Of a stretch of 64,000 nucleotides of DNA, positions 18,001 through 33,000 are shown one piece after another (position 1 is the stretch's first letter; each line of letters opens with the position of its first letter). The notes under the pieces were generated by a model. It made no database searches. It saw only the letters and a program-made list of their open reading frames with translations, and had not been told where the DNA came from. Source of the stretch: Thalia democratica (Eukaryota); contig OZ241833.1 of assembly GCA_965202585.1 (NCBI GenBank), positions 56,420,001 through 56,484,000 of the forward strand, read 5' to 3'. The position numbers and the translations under genes were made by a program.

Positions 18001-21000
18001 AATTATACCTTTAATGTTTTTTAGTACCATTGAGTAAAGATGGAACAACTAGCACAAAAACATTGCAAGCAAAACAATCTGAAACACAAAAACTCAATAC
18101 AAAAAGTGTAAAATCAAATTACAAAGACAAAAACAAAAAAGGTTTCAATCAAAACATTTAAATAACAATTAAACCTTTTAACTCGTTTTTTTTTATAGAA
18201 TCTCTAAGCAGAGATACAACAACAAGTACAAAAACTTTGCAAAGAAGAGACTCTGAAATTGAGAAAATTAAAGCAGTACTTAGCAAGGAAGACTTTAGTA
18301 CGAATTACCGAAATGAAAAAGGTGACTTTATTGAAATTAAACTTATAATATAAAAGAAAAATTAATATATTTTATTTTAGAACCTTTAAGCATAGATGGT
18401 ACAACAAGTACGAAAACATTGCAACAAAAACAATCTGAAGTAAGAAAACTTAGGCACCATCCTTATCAAGAAGATGATAAGAAAAAGGGTTAGTTTTTTA
18501 AGTTATTTTTGTGCTGTATAACTAATACTTTCTCTTTTTAGAACGACTAAGCAGAGATACCACAACAAGTACAAAAACTTTGCAAAGAAGAGACTCTGAA
18601 ATTGAGAAAATTAAAGCTGTTTTGAGCAAGGAAGACTTTAGTAAGAATTATCAAAAAGAAAATGGTAATTTTGTTTTCATAAACATATAACATCAAATAA
18701 AAATTTATAAATTTTGTTTTAGTTCTAGAACCACTAAGCAGAGACGGTACAACTAGTACAAAAACATTGCAACAAAAACAATCTAAAATACCAAAACTTA
18801 ATACAAAAAATGCGAAATCAAATTACAAAGACAAAAACAAAAAAGGTTTCAATCAAGACATTTAAATAACAAATAAACCTTTTAACTCGTTTTTTTTTCA
18901 TAGAATCTCTAAGCAGAGATACAACAACAAGTACAAAAACTTTGCAAAGAAGAGACTCTGAAATTGAGAAAATTAAAGCAGTACTCAGCAAGGAAGATTT
19001 TAGTAAGAATTACCGAAATGAAAAAGGTGACTTTATTAAAATTAAATTTATAACATAAAAGAAAAGTTAATACATTTTATTTTAGAACCTTTAAGCATAG
19101 ATGGTACAACAAGTACGAAAACATTGCAACAAAAGCAATCTGAAGTAAGAAAACTTAGGCACCATCCTAATCAAGAAGATGATAAGAAGAAAGGTTAGTT
19201 TTTTTGTTAATTTTATACAGAAATCTAAGAAAGGATTCATTCAAAAACATATTATTAAAACAAACAACAAATAAAATCGATTTCGGCTAACGCTTATCAA
19301 CTACTTTTGTTAGCAACTAATTTTAAGATTAAATTTTAAATAAATAAATAGTTAGAGGTTTTATCAGAAAAAACAATCAATTAACACCAATTAGCATAAT
19401 TGAGCAAAAATTAATTAGACATTCACAATTCATAACTACATATTTAAAAATAGTTAATCAGTAGTTTAACTAAGATAAACAACAATAAAAAAACAAACAA
19501 TAAAATAAGCGACAAAATTTAAATAAAACTAAATAAAATTTAAAGTTTAATTTTATTTTAATTTATAACAACTTATAAAGATTAGAATTATTAACGTATT
19601 GTTGCTTGCACAAATTAGCTTTGAAAGTTTTTATAAATAAAGATTCTAAAGCGATTGGTGATAATCATTACGAGCTTTACTTATAATTGAAAAATTACTA
19701 TCACTATAATTTCTTGCACAATCTGAATTTTTTAGTAAGTTTTCGGCAATCACCGATGATCTGTTAGATGGTTTTTTCAAACCCGTGTCCATCCAGCTTC
19801 TGAGGGATTTAAAATCATGTTGATCCCTTCTAATATGGAATCTCTGGGATTAGCTCGTAATGATGATCACCTAAGTGTTTTAGAATCTTTATTTATAAAA
19901 ACTTTCAAACCTAATTTGTGCAAGCAACAATACGTTTATAACTCTAATCTTTATAAGTTGTTATAAATTAAAATTAAATTAAATTTTAATTTTATTTTGT
20001 TTTCTTTGAATTTTGTCGCTTATTTTATTGTTTGTTTTGTTATTGTTGCTTATCTTAGTTAAATTACTGATTAACTATTTTTAAATATGTAGTTATGAAT
20101 TGTGAATGTCTAATTAATATTTGCTCAATTATGCTAATTGGTGTTAATTGATTGTTTTTTCTGATGAAACCTATAACTATTTATTTACTCAAAATTTAAT
20201 CTTAAAATTAGTTGCTAACAAAAGTAGTTGATAAGCGTTAGCCGAAATCGTTTTATTTTTTGTTTAATTTAATATTTTAATAAATTGTTTTTGAATGATT
20301 CCTGTCTTAGATTTCTGTATAATATATGTAGTACTAAAAGGTTAATTAATTTTAGTACTGTACAATAAATACTCTCTCTTTTTAGAACGACTAAGCAGAG
20401 ATACCACAACAAGTACAAAATCTTTGCAAAGAAGAGACTCTGAAGTTGAGAAAATTAAAGCTGTTTTGAGCAAGGAAGACTTTAGTAAGAATTATCAAAA
20501 AGAAGATGGTAATTTTGTTTTCATAAACAAATAATATCAAAAATAAATTTATAAGTTTTATTTTTATTTTAGAACCACTAAGCAGAGACGGTACAACTAG
20601 TACAAAAACATTGCAACAAAAACAATCTGAAGTAAGAAAACTTAGGCACCATCCTAATCAAGATGATGATATTAAAAAAAGTTTGTTTTTTAAATTAATT
20701 TTTGTGCTGTATAACTAATACTTTCTCTTTTTAGAACGACTAAGCAGAGATACCACAACAAGTACAAAAACTTTGCAAAGAAGAGATTCTGAAGTTGAGA
20801 AAATTAAAGCTGTTTTGAGCAAGGAAGATTTTAGTAAGAACTATCAAAAAGAAGATGGTAATTTTGTTTTCATAAACAAACAATATCAAAAATAAATTTA
20901 TAAGTTTTATTTTTATTTTAGAACCACTAAGCAGAGACGGTACAACTAATACAAAAACATTGCAACAAAAACAATCTGAAGTAAGAAAACTTAGGCACCA

Positions 21001-24000
21001 TCCTAATCAAGATGATGATATTAAAAAAAGTTTGTTTTTTAAATTAATTTTTGTGCTGTATAACTAATACTTTCTCTTTTTAGAACGACTAAGCAGAGAT
21101 ACCACAACAAGTACAAAAACTTTGCAAAGAAGAGATTCTGAAGTTGAGAAAATTAAAGCTGTTTTGAGCAAGGAAGACTTTAGTAAGAACTATCAAAAAG
21201 AAGATGGTAATTTTGTTTTCATAAACAAACAATATCAAAAATAAATTTATAAGTTTTATTTTTATTTTAGAACCACTAAGCAGAGACGGTACAACTAGTA
21301 CAAAAACGTTGCAACAAAAACAATCTCAAATAAGAAAACTTAGGCACCATCAAAATCAAGAAGATGATATAAAAAAAAGTTTGTTTTTTAAATTAATTTT
21401 TGTGAATTATGATTAATACTTTTTCTTTTTAGAACGACTAAGCAGAGATACCACAACAAGTACAAAAACTTTGCAAAGAAGAGATTCTGAAATTGAGAAA
21501 ATTAAAGCAGTACTCAGCAAGGAAGATTTTAGTAAGAACTATCAAAAAGAAGATGGTAATTTTGTTTTCATAAACATATAACATCAAATAAAAATTTATA
21601 AATTTTGTTTTAGTTCTAGAATCACTAAGCAGAGACGGTACAACTAGCACAAAAACATTACAACAAAAACAATATGAAGTAAGAAAACTTAGGCACACTC
21701 CTAATCAAGAAGATGATAAGAAAAAGAGTTAGTTTTTTAAATTAACTTAAGTGCTGTACAATTAATACTTTCTCTTTTTAGAACGGCTAAGCAAAGATAC
21801 CACAACTAGTACAAAAACTTTGCAAAGAAGAGACTCTGAAATTGAGAAAATTAAAGCTGTTTTCAGCAAGGAAGACTTTAGTAAAGACTACCACAACAAA
21901 AATGGTATGTTTACTTTCTTTAAGAACCACATTTTTAAGTTTTTTAGATTAGTTTAAAGTTTGAATAGAAATAAATAAAGTTAAATAACTCAGTTTTTAG
22001 AGTAGTATATTAAAGCTTGATAAAAGTTAAATAATTCAATTCATAGAGAACTGCACAGTGAAGGAGCCAATAAACAATTAAATCAAAAATTTTTATATAA
22101 TTTATTACTTTACAATCGCTTCATGCTTTTGCAATAGTCATAAGAAATCATAAGATATGATTATTGTCAAAACATGAAATTTTTTTAAAGCAATAAACTG
22201 TATAAACTTTTTGATTCAATCGTATATTAAAGCTTGTTTTGATTAAGAACTTAAATATGTTATAAATTAACTATTGTAATTTTAAGTTGCTAGAAACTTT
22301 TTCAAGCTGTAACTTAAGTTTAATATTTTGGCATTATCTTTTACTTTGTTATTGAACACAATAAAAAAATTGACGGTTAAGAAAAGCATAATATGACACT
22401 TAACTCAGAATAACTTGACATGAAAAATTCTATTTAAATGTTAGAAAAAGAGTGCTTAAGGTAATTAACTTAGGTGTAATAACTTGTTATTAATTCTAAA
22501 AAATAAGTAATTGTAAAAGTCTGTGTGCTTCCAGAAAACATAGTTTTGTATTTACTATTTTGATCTATTAAATTTTTCAAACTGTAATTGTATAGTTGTA
22601 CACATATAGTTTAATAGTCTCATTTTTCATAGAGTTTTTCATTTTAGATTTTAAATTTTGACTGCAAAGTTTTTTTTTCCTTTTTTTAATTTTTAGCTCA
22701 TTATAATTTTGATTAAGTTGGGTATGCAGCTCAATGACCGAGAGGTCTTTTTGTGTATCCAGATCAAAAAAATTTGAGCATTTTTTTGTTTTTGTTCATT
22801 AAACCACATTAAGAGCATATACTCCTATTAAAAACAAGCCTTTTTAAAAGACAAAAAATACTTAAAATGTATGGTGTACTAGTCTTTTTATAAAAAATGT
22901 ATAAAAATTAGCTAAGATATTTTTAACTTTAAATTAGAAATATAATTTAGTTAATAATATAACTAGTTAATTTTTCTGAAGTCTATTAAGTGAAGGACTT
23001 AGTAAATTTAAAAAAAACAAATAAAATGTTAAGTATAAAGTATATATTTTTTACTATAAGTCTGATATATAATAAAAACATGACAGTAATTGTTACAATC
23101 CATATTAAACCAATTGTTATTTTAACTCATTAACATACTGAGTAAGGAAAATCCTTATATATAAAGTGTCAGTACAGTAATAAAATATATGAAAATTATT
23201 ACTCAGGCAACCAAAAATGTCTCAAAGTAAAAACTTTTAAAATGACCCTGGTTTGTTGAGTTATTAGCCATTTCATTTCAAAGTTTCACACCCTAGTAAG
23301 CTATATATTTAAATTCATGTTTACTTTCTCACCTTGTAAGAAATAGTTTCTTTTAAAAGATCTTGAACACACCCAGCTCATATTTAAGTGAGTTTTCAAC
23401 AGCTAATATTAGCTTATTATTTTAGGGTTACTTACTCTTTCATTATATTTTTATAATGAAAGATATAAGTACTTTAATTATAAGATTGCACTTACATTTT
23501 TTTGTATTGTATAATTTTGTACTCGTTGTAGTTTAATTTCATAAGTACATTGACCATTATAGTCTAACACAATAAACCGTATCTTATGTGACTTATGCTT
23601 AAGTATGTACAGGGATTTTAGTTTAGAAAGTACCTTGAGTTATATAGATGACCAATTTTTTTAACAATTTATTGTGTAATGTTACTATATGTTTTACTAG
23701 TTTAGAAGTTACTATCGAATGTAATACCCAAGCACTTAAGACTATATACATTTTTTAAGAAGTGTTTTACCTAATTTTATACCAAAATTTATGTTTTTCC
23801 AATTCTTTTTTATAGAATGAAAAAGCTTACATCTACTTTTGCCAATATTCAATTTAAGTCTTTTTAATAATAATTTTATTTACAAAAAGACAACGACGTT
23901 TCACCCAAAATAGGATCTTCAGGTTTCAAAAGTAAACATAAATGATGAAAATGGATAACTCAATAAAAAGTGCAAAACAATTAAAATAAACAAATCTATA

Positions 24001-27000
24001 AAAATCAATACGCTAATTTAACATTATTGTTAAAGTAAACAAAAATAAAAAATCATAAATAATCAAAGTTCTTTATACTTACAAATATTAATATGTTGTA
24101 TATAGTTTTAGATACTTATAGCAAAAATTGCTTACAGCAACACAAATCGAAAATGGCGTTTAACAAATAAAAGTACGGATAAATGAGCAAAAAAAAAACA
24201 AAAAATTTGTTAAGTTTTAAAATATAACTTTCTTAAGTGCGAGAAGTTGTAAAAAAGTTCTTGTTTTTTATTTAAATTGCATTTTTTGTTAGCAAGCGCA
24301 ATTTAAATTTTTTCAGGTTGCAGGTTTAACAGATCTTACCTATGTTTTTTAATTCCCCAATGTTATGCATAATGTTCCATTTTAGTTCGTGGCATATGCT
24401 ATTGTTTTTTAATTTCCAAATCTACTTAAAATGTTCTGTTCCTTGGAAATTTCTTTTATTTTTATGTCACTAATATGCGCATACCATCTCTTTTTAAATA
24501 GACCTCCCGTAGATCCTATATGCTCTTTTATTTTGTTTTGTGTAGTAATTGTTGCCTTGTATACCACATTCTCCTGCAAACTTTTTATTTATAGTTTTGT
24601 TTATTTTAATTGTCTTACACTTTTTATTGAGTTATCCATTGTCATCATTTATGATTACTTTTCAGGCCTGAAGATCCCAATTTTGGGTTAAACGTCGTTG
24701 TCTTTTTGTGAATAAAATTACTTTTAGTATTGTCTCCAAACATTTTTGTCGAGACATTTTGTGTTAAAACAATACTTTTCACACATACTTAAGTCTATTT
24801 ACAATAAGCCAGTCTGAAATAATTTCAAGTTCCAAATTAAAGTTAGCCCTGTCCTGTAAGTATATGTTTTGTTTAAAAGTTATATATAATAATGTTTCAT
24901 TTGCAAAATTAAGAACCCTTAAACTACTATTGTTATACAAGTCACTAATATGTAATAAAAACAATACCACTCCGAAGAATAAACCTTTTGGCACTCAAAC
25001 ATAATTATTTTTATTACTTAAATCATACATCCAAATTTAAAAGCTGTTTTCTTTAAGTTAGATATGGTTTTAACAAAAACTACATTTGCCCTATTATATC
25101 ATAGCATTTCAATTTGTTTAGAAAATATCTCTGTCCATATTATTAAAAGCTTTATTCAAATCCAAAAAAACGCACATACTGCTTAAACTTTAACGAATGT
25201 AAACAGAACTCCTTCAACAAACTCAGATGAAGCTAAGGTGGTAAAATGGATTCTCTAGAACTAAATTGAGGACTTTTTAAAACATAATATTTTCAAAAAA
25301 ACTATACAAACAGTTGTGTTTAATTAAAAAAAAACAAGCTTATAGGAGAGAAATTGATCCACAATTTTCTAGTAATGTTTTGATCCTGACTTGAACATTG
25401 TTAAAGTTTTTTGGATACTTGCTTTCATAAAATGTCTGTAATTAGTTCACTAATTACTTTAAATACAAAACTGTTTATTCTTTTAAGAACTTTAACTAAC
25501 ACGCTATTCTCACCACTAGTTTTTTTAAATCTAACTTTCATAATAACTTTTCAACTTCTTTCGCATACAAACATAATAAAACTGTTGCTAATATAGTACT
25601 GATTAAAAAATTTAGAGCGATACACTTTTTGTACACGTCTGTTTTCCAATACTAGAAAAATATGTGTTAGGTTATTTAACTATATGTTAGTTTAAAGAAA
25701 TATTTAGCTTGTGTTCGAATCGGTCATCTTCTTTTGTTTACTAGTGATGTCATTTATTATTTTTTAAAATTTTATATGTACATTTAGTAAAGTTTTAAAG
25801 CCTGTTTAAAGTATCTTTTTTTTTTTGCGTACTGTTTTGATTTTTGTAAGGTAACTTCTGTTTTTATTTTTTATTTTTTATACTTTAACTGGATTGATAA
25901 AGTTTTTTTTTCTTAAGTTTTTCTTAACTTATACTTTTGTTTTATAGATTTTAGTATGCTTTCGGTTTAGATCTCGATTTTAATATAAAGCAGTAGATAA
26001 TTTTTAATCTGGGAAATTTTTGTCATTAATCTCTTTAATTTTTGATATCAAAAATGTTCATTAAGTATACTGTTTTTAGAAGCACTTAGCAGAGATGGTA
26101 CAACTAGTACAAAAACATTACAACAAAAACAATCTGAAGTAAGAAAACTTAGGCATCATCCTAACCAAGAAGATGATAAGAAAAATGGTTAGTTTCTATT
26201 TTAAAAGTTTTTGTGATTTATGATTAATGCTTTCTATTTTTAGAACCTCTAAGCAAAGATACCACAACAAGTACAAAAACTTTGCAAAGAAAAGACTCTG
26301 ATATTGAGAAAATCAAGCTTGAAATTATCAAAATTAAATCTGCATTAAGCAAAAGAGAGTTTATTGAAGAAGATCCGAAAATGTATAGTTAGTTAGATTG
26401 CATTTAATAGATTTTTGCGTAAAAATCAAAAACTTAATTTGTTTTGATTTGTAGTACAATTTTCTATATAAATTGAATTTTTTAGTCCATAACAACTATT
26501 AAAATCTAAAGAAACTTTAATTTTTTTAAACTTCTAATGATTAATACTATTTCAGACAGTTATACAGCTTTAAATAACAAAACAGAAAGGCTATAATATA
26601 GCTCATAAATAACTATCAAGTGAAATTTAAACCAAACTATCTTTCACAAAGCTTTCATCAATTTATTTAATATTTTCATTGCAATAACAGAATTTTATCG
26701 GTAAGATGTCAAATAAATTGATGAAATTTTTGTAAAAGATAGTTTGGTTTAAATTTCACTTGACAGTTATTTATCAGCTATTTTATAGCCTCTCTGATTT
26801 AAACTTAAATATTTATTAAAATAGCTATAACTATGATTGTTTTATAGAACCTTATTATGAATATCTATAAAAGTAAGAATTAAAGTTTTAAGTTTAAAAA
26901 GAAAATTTACCGTAAATTAAACACTTTGTCGAAAAATGCAATAATGTGCAACTTTACAAGTTTTATGAAAACTTAAAGTACTCTCAAAGAGTCGAAATAA

Positions 27001-30000
27001 AAACTGTTGCATAAAATTACATGAAAAGGCTTTTATGTTAGCTAATTAAAATAAGTTTTTGTCAATTTACATATTAACTTATTAAGTTAAGAACTTAAAG
27101 CTCATTATAAGGGTTATGTGTTTTACAGACAACGAATTGAATAGTACAGAAGAACAAAATGTTGAATTTGTAATGCCACACTATGAAAAACAAAGTAACC
27201 AACCTCAAGCAAAGTCTACAAAACAGTCACATCTAAAAGATTCAAAGGAAAAAAAAGTAATTTCAGCATCTGATTATAAATTGATAACATCCGATATGGA
27301 AGCTGCGAAACTTGCTAGACATTCACATAACGATGTTTTCAACAATCAACCAGAGTTAAACTTCGATCAAGTTGATAATGAAAACTCACCTTCAGGTGCG
27401 AGTGTTGAAATGGAGTTGAGAACTATTCATACCGCCAAAACATACAAGGACGTTTCTAAACACAATCTCGCCCAATCTATGCACAAAGTTAGCCTAGCAG
27501 GGCTGCTTCCAAACGACCAGAATTTAAACTCTAAAAACTCAGTACTAGATGACACTTCGCAAGCAAGTATGAACGTAAACAACCCGGATACAGTTCATTC
27601 TTTGGATCAAACTTTGTCACAAGAATCTAATGCAGGGTCGGAAGCAGCTTTATCTTTAACTGATGATCTTATGGATGCTGAGGTCACGTTTGAGGTAGCT
27701 GAAAAAGTCAGAAAGTACTCAATAAGACCATATTCGTTGACAAAACCGCAAGAAGGTTTAAATGAAGAAGAATGTAAAAGAAGTAACGATAAAATTTCAA
27801 CAAACTTACCTAATGCTCATGTTGAAAATGATGTAAATACTTTAAAACAGTACGGGCCAGCTGGATCAGAAAGCTACGACCCAAATTATAGTAATTTAGA
27901 AGATCAAAGTAATTATCATGATAGTAGAAAACAGTTGCATTTAAAAAACGACTTAAATATATTAAACTCGAATACACTTGTTACAGGGATACATTCTAAA
28001 AAGCCTATAACAGCTAATAAAAATAGATCAAGTGTAGAAAAGTCAAATGTAATTGTTACAAAAGTAAAATCAGAATCACCACCCAAAGAATATAAAAGAA
28101 CGTCACAAACACTCAACTCAAACGTCCTTGTAAAAGGAGTTAAATCTGAGACGCCAATAACAGCTAATAAAAATCGATCAGGTATGGTAAACTCTAACAC
28201 GCTTGTTACAGGAGTTAATTCTGAGACACCAACAACTTCTAATAAAAATCAATCAGGTATAATAAACTCTAATACACTTGTTACTGGAGTTAAATCTGAG
28301 ATACCAACAAAAGCTAATAAAAATCAATCAGGTATAATAAACTCTAACACACTTGTTACTGGAGTTAAATCTGAGACACCAACAAAAGCTAATAAAAATC
28401 AATCAGGTATAATAAGTTCTAATACACTTGTTACAGGAGTTAAATCTGAGATACCAACAAAAGCTAATAAAAATCAATCAGGTATAATAAGTTCTAATAC
28501 ACTTGTTACAGGAGTTAAATCTGAGATACCAACAAAAGCTAATAAAAATCAATCAGGTATAATAAGTTCTAATACGCTTGTTACTGGAGTTACGTCTGAG
28601 ACACCTACAAAAGCTAATAAAAATCAATCAGGTATGATAAACTCTAATATACTTGTTACAGGAGTTAAATCTGAGATACCAACAAAAACTGATAAAAATC
28701 AATCAGGTATAAAAAACTCTAATATGCTTGTTACTGAAATTCAATCTGAGACACCAAAAACAGCTAATAAAGATCAATCAGGTATGATAAACTCTAATAC
28801 ACTTGTTACTAGAGTTAATTCTGAGACACCAACAACAGCTAATAAAGATCAATCAGGTATGATAAACTCTAATACGCTTGTTACTGGAGTTACGTCTGAG
28901 ACACCTACAAAAGCTAATAAAAATCAATCAGGTATGATAAACTCTAATATACTTGTTACAGGAGTTAAATCTGAGACACCAACAAAAGCTGATAAAAATC
29001 AATCAGGTATAATAAATTCTAATACATTTGTTACTGGAATTCAATCTGAGACACCAAAAACAGCTAATAAAGAAAATTCAGGTATGATAAACTCTAATAC
29101 GCTTGTTACTGGAGTTAAATCTGAGATACCAACAACAGCTAATAAAAATCAATCAGGTATGATAAACTCTAATATACTTGTTACTGGAGTTAAATCTGAG
29201 ATACCAACAAAAGCTAATAAAAATCAATCAGGTATAATAAACTCTAATATGCTTGTTACTAGAGTTAAATCTGAAACACCAACAACAGCTGATAAAAATC
29301 AATCAAGTATGATAAGCTCTAATATACTTGTTACAGGAGTTAAGTCTGAAACACCAACAACAGCTAATATAAATAAATCAGGTATGATAAACTCTAATAC
29401 ACTTGTTACAGGAGTTAAATCTGAGATACCAACAAAAGCTGATAAAAATCAATCAGGTATGATAAACTCTAATACACTTGTTACAGGAGTTAAATCTGAG
29501 ATACCAACAAAAGCTGATAAAAATCAATCAGGTATGATAAACTCTAATACACTTGTTACTGGAGTTAAATCTGAGATACCAACAAAAGCTGATAAAAATC
29601 AATCAGGTATAATAAGTTCTAATATACTTGTTACTGGAGTTACGTCTGAGACACCAACAAAAGCTAATAAAAATCAATCAGGTATGATAAACTCTAATAC
29701 ACTTGTTACAGGAGTTAAATCTGAAACACCAACAAAAGCTGATAAAAATCAATCAGGTATAATAAGTTCTAATACACTTGTTACTGGAGTTAAATCTGAG
29801 ATACCAACAAAAGCTGATAAAAATCAATCAGGTATGATAAACTCTAATACACTTGTTACTGGAGTTAAATCTGAGATACCAACAAAAGCTGATAAAAATC
29901 AATCAGGTATAATAAGTTCTAATATACTTGTTACTGGAGTTACGTCTGAGACACCAACAAAAGCTAATAAAAATCAATCAGGTATGATAAACTCTAATAC

Positions 30001-33000
30001 ACTTGTTACAGGAGTTAAATCTGAAACACCAACAACAGCTAATAAAAATCAATCAGGTATAATAAGTTCTAATACACTTGTTACTGGAGTTAAATCTGAG
30101 ATACCAACAAAAGCTGATAAAAATCAATCAGGTATAATAAGTTCTAATACTCTTGTTACAGGAGTTAAATCTGAGACACCAAAAACAGCTAATAAAGATC
30201 AATCAGGTATGATAAACTCTAATACACTTGTTACAGGAGTTAAGTCTGAGATACCAACAACAGCTGATAAAAATCAATCAGGTATGATAAACTCTAATAT
30301 ACTTGTTACAGAAGTTAAATCTGAGATACCAACAAAAGCTGATAAAAATCAATCAGGTATAATAAGTTCTAATACACTTGTTACAGGAGTTAAGTCTGAG
30401 ATACCAACAAAAGCTGATAAAAATCAATCAGGTAAAAAAAACTCTAATATACTTGTTACTGAAATTCAATCTGAGACACCAAAAACAGCTAATAAAGATC
30501 AATCAGGTATGATAAACTCTAATACACTTGTTACAGGAGTTAAGTCTGAGATACCAACAAAAGCTGATAAAAATCAATCAGGTATAATAAGCTCTAATAT
30601 ACTTGTTACTGGAATTCAATCTGAGACACCAAAAACAGCTAATAAAGATAAATCAGGTATGATAAGCTCTAATACACTTGTTACTGGAGTTAAATCTGAG
30701 ATACCAACAACAGCTAATAAAAATCAATCAGGTATGATAAACTCTAATATACTTGTTACAGGAGTTAAATCTGAAACACCAACAACAGCTGATAAAAATC
30801 AATCAGGTATAATAAACTCTTACACTTTTGTTACTGGAGTTAAGTCTGAAAAGCCCATTGTAGCGAATAACAGAAATTCAAATAAACTTAACTCAAATAT
30901 ACTACTTAATGGGATAAATTCTGAAAGTAACAATAGTGTAGCCCAAAAATCAAGTAATAAAATGGAGAAAAGGAAGTCTACGAACCTGAGTAAAAATCCA
31001 TCTAATATATCAAATATTAATCATAATAAATCACAAGAAAAAACAGTTTTAAATATTATTTCTACCCAACAATCAGCAGCTCAAAGTTCTATTCATTCAA
31101 AGCCTGAAATATTTTCAGTAAATGTAACTTCTTTCCAAGACAATTTAGACCACTTGAAAGGTGTTTCCGAGTTTCAATTACCTCAAGATTCGTCACAAGC
31201 AAACTTTACTAAAAATTTTTTAGGTGGTCAAGTGTTTGAAATAGATTCAGCCAAACCTATTTCAGCTGCTACGTCAATAGCTAGTGTGGCAAGCAAGCAG
31301 TTTGACCCCCGCTTATCGACTGAAAATCATGGCAGTAATATTCGCAAGTCTAGTTCAAGAAAAAGTTTTTTGTCCAAAAATGCAGTAGAAAAACTTACAG
31401 CTGACAATAAATTTCAAAAAATCGACAGTAAAGACTTCAATGTTCAAATGTCAGAAGTAAGCTATTATAGTAGCAATAACGACTATGGAAATAAACTAGA
31501 AAAACCTACTTCGATGGCCACTTCTTTTGCTAGTGGTAGTACTGAAATAAAAAATTTACAACCACCTTATGTTACAAGCCATGTTTCGTCTTTGAATTTG
31601 CTGGAGGATAAGCCTCAAAACGTTACTTCACAAAGGAGTTCAAATGCCCTAGGTCCAAACATGCTCGGTTCAAATGTACATATGGGAGTAAAGTCTGACA
31701 AACTAATTAGTGTACATAAATCTAGAGAAAATATAAGATTAAATGATTTATCTTCATCGAGCTCTGAAAGTAGCGAATCAGCAAACGAAACTTTAGCTAA
31801 AAATGGTAGCTTTGGTTGCTTTTTTGAAACACCATCAAGCACTGTAGCCAGCGACCACTTACCTAAAGGACAAGCAAGCATTATTTCAGTAAAAATTTCA
31901 GCAGACAACTCATTAGAACCGACAGAAAATGAAACTAACTCTGATCAAAAACCCTCTATCAAAAATTCCAGAACTAGTCTACTCGAGGTAGATTCAAAGA
32001 AAAGTGCTAGTGTAGTTTCTGTGAATTCTTACAAATCTGAGAGAAGATTATCTGTAAACCTACCTTTGGTCCAACCAAAAGTATCTCAACAAAGTTTAAG
32101 TTCTATAAGAAGTTTGTCAGCTACAAGCAGACCAAAAAGTCCATCTCAAAGTCAAGTTTATATTTTCGAACCTGATCAACATGCCAAAATTGTATCTTCA
32201 AAATCTAACATTCGTTTAAATGAATTTGATTCTACTTCAGAAACAACTAATGACATTAGTGATAAGCATAGTGATTCTCATGTTTCTCAAAACTTCTCTG
32301 ATCAAAAAAGTGTCATTAAAATAAACTCTCAGAATCCCAATTTAAGCCCAAATGAAATTAATTTTGTAAACCCATCACCATCATTAATCAAAAATCAAAG
32401 TAAGGTTGAGAACAACTTCAAGGTAAATCCAGTTTTAAGAAATGTATCTCAATTATCTGAAAAACCTTTAAAAGCTCCACAATTGATAGTTTCTAAAGAT
32501 AAACTGTCTCAAAACGTTAGCTGGAAACATTTTGATCAGCAGATTTCAGCTTCTAGTTCTAAATTTGATTATTTTGATGAACCAAGTCTTCATTCTGAAC
32601 GTTTAGAACCTAACAAGTCAGCAAGTAAACATCATAAAAGCAAAAAGTACAAAGGTACTTCTCGACAGTCCGGAATTAATGAGATTTTAAACAGTTCTGC
32701 TTCAAAAAATGATAACACTTTAGCAGAGCATTCGATGCTTCCAGAGCAATCATTGTCTGTAAATTACACAGAAGGTAAACTACCACACAATATTTCAAGG
32801 ATTAGTTCTAAAGAGTCAGAATTATCAAAACATGAAAAAGCATCAAAAAAAGAATATGACGTTTCCTCAGAATACTCAGAAGCAGCTCCGTCTATAAAGA
32901 AAACATCATCACTATCTTTGTCATTAGACTTGTCTCAAATTTCACAAGCAGTTGTGAATGAAAAAATAATGGAATCTCCAAAACCGATATCCGAATTTAC

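Noticed and set aside
20386-21904. Regularly spaced repeats resembling a CRISPR array (also the 75- and 144-bp arrays)
   Set aside because: Eukaryotic context, the spacers are themselves repeated introns or coding sequence, and there are no cas genes.
27116-27128. ATG at 27116 as the start of a stand-alone 3,107-aa gene
   Set aside because: A strong acceptor (ttttacag) lies 12 nt downstream in the phase required by the upstream exon chain, so a terminal exon is the better reading.
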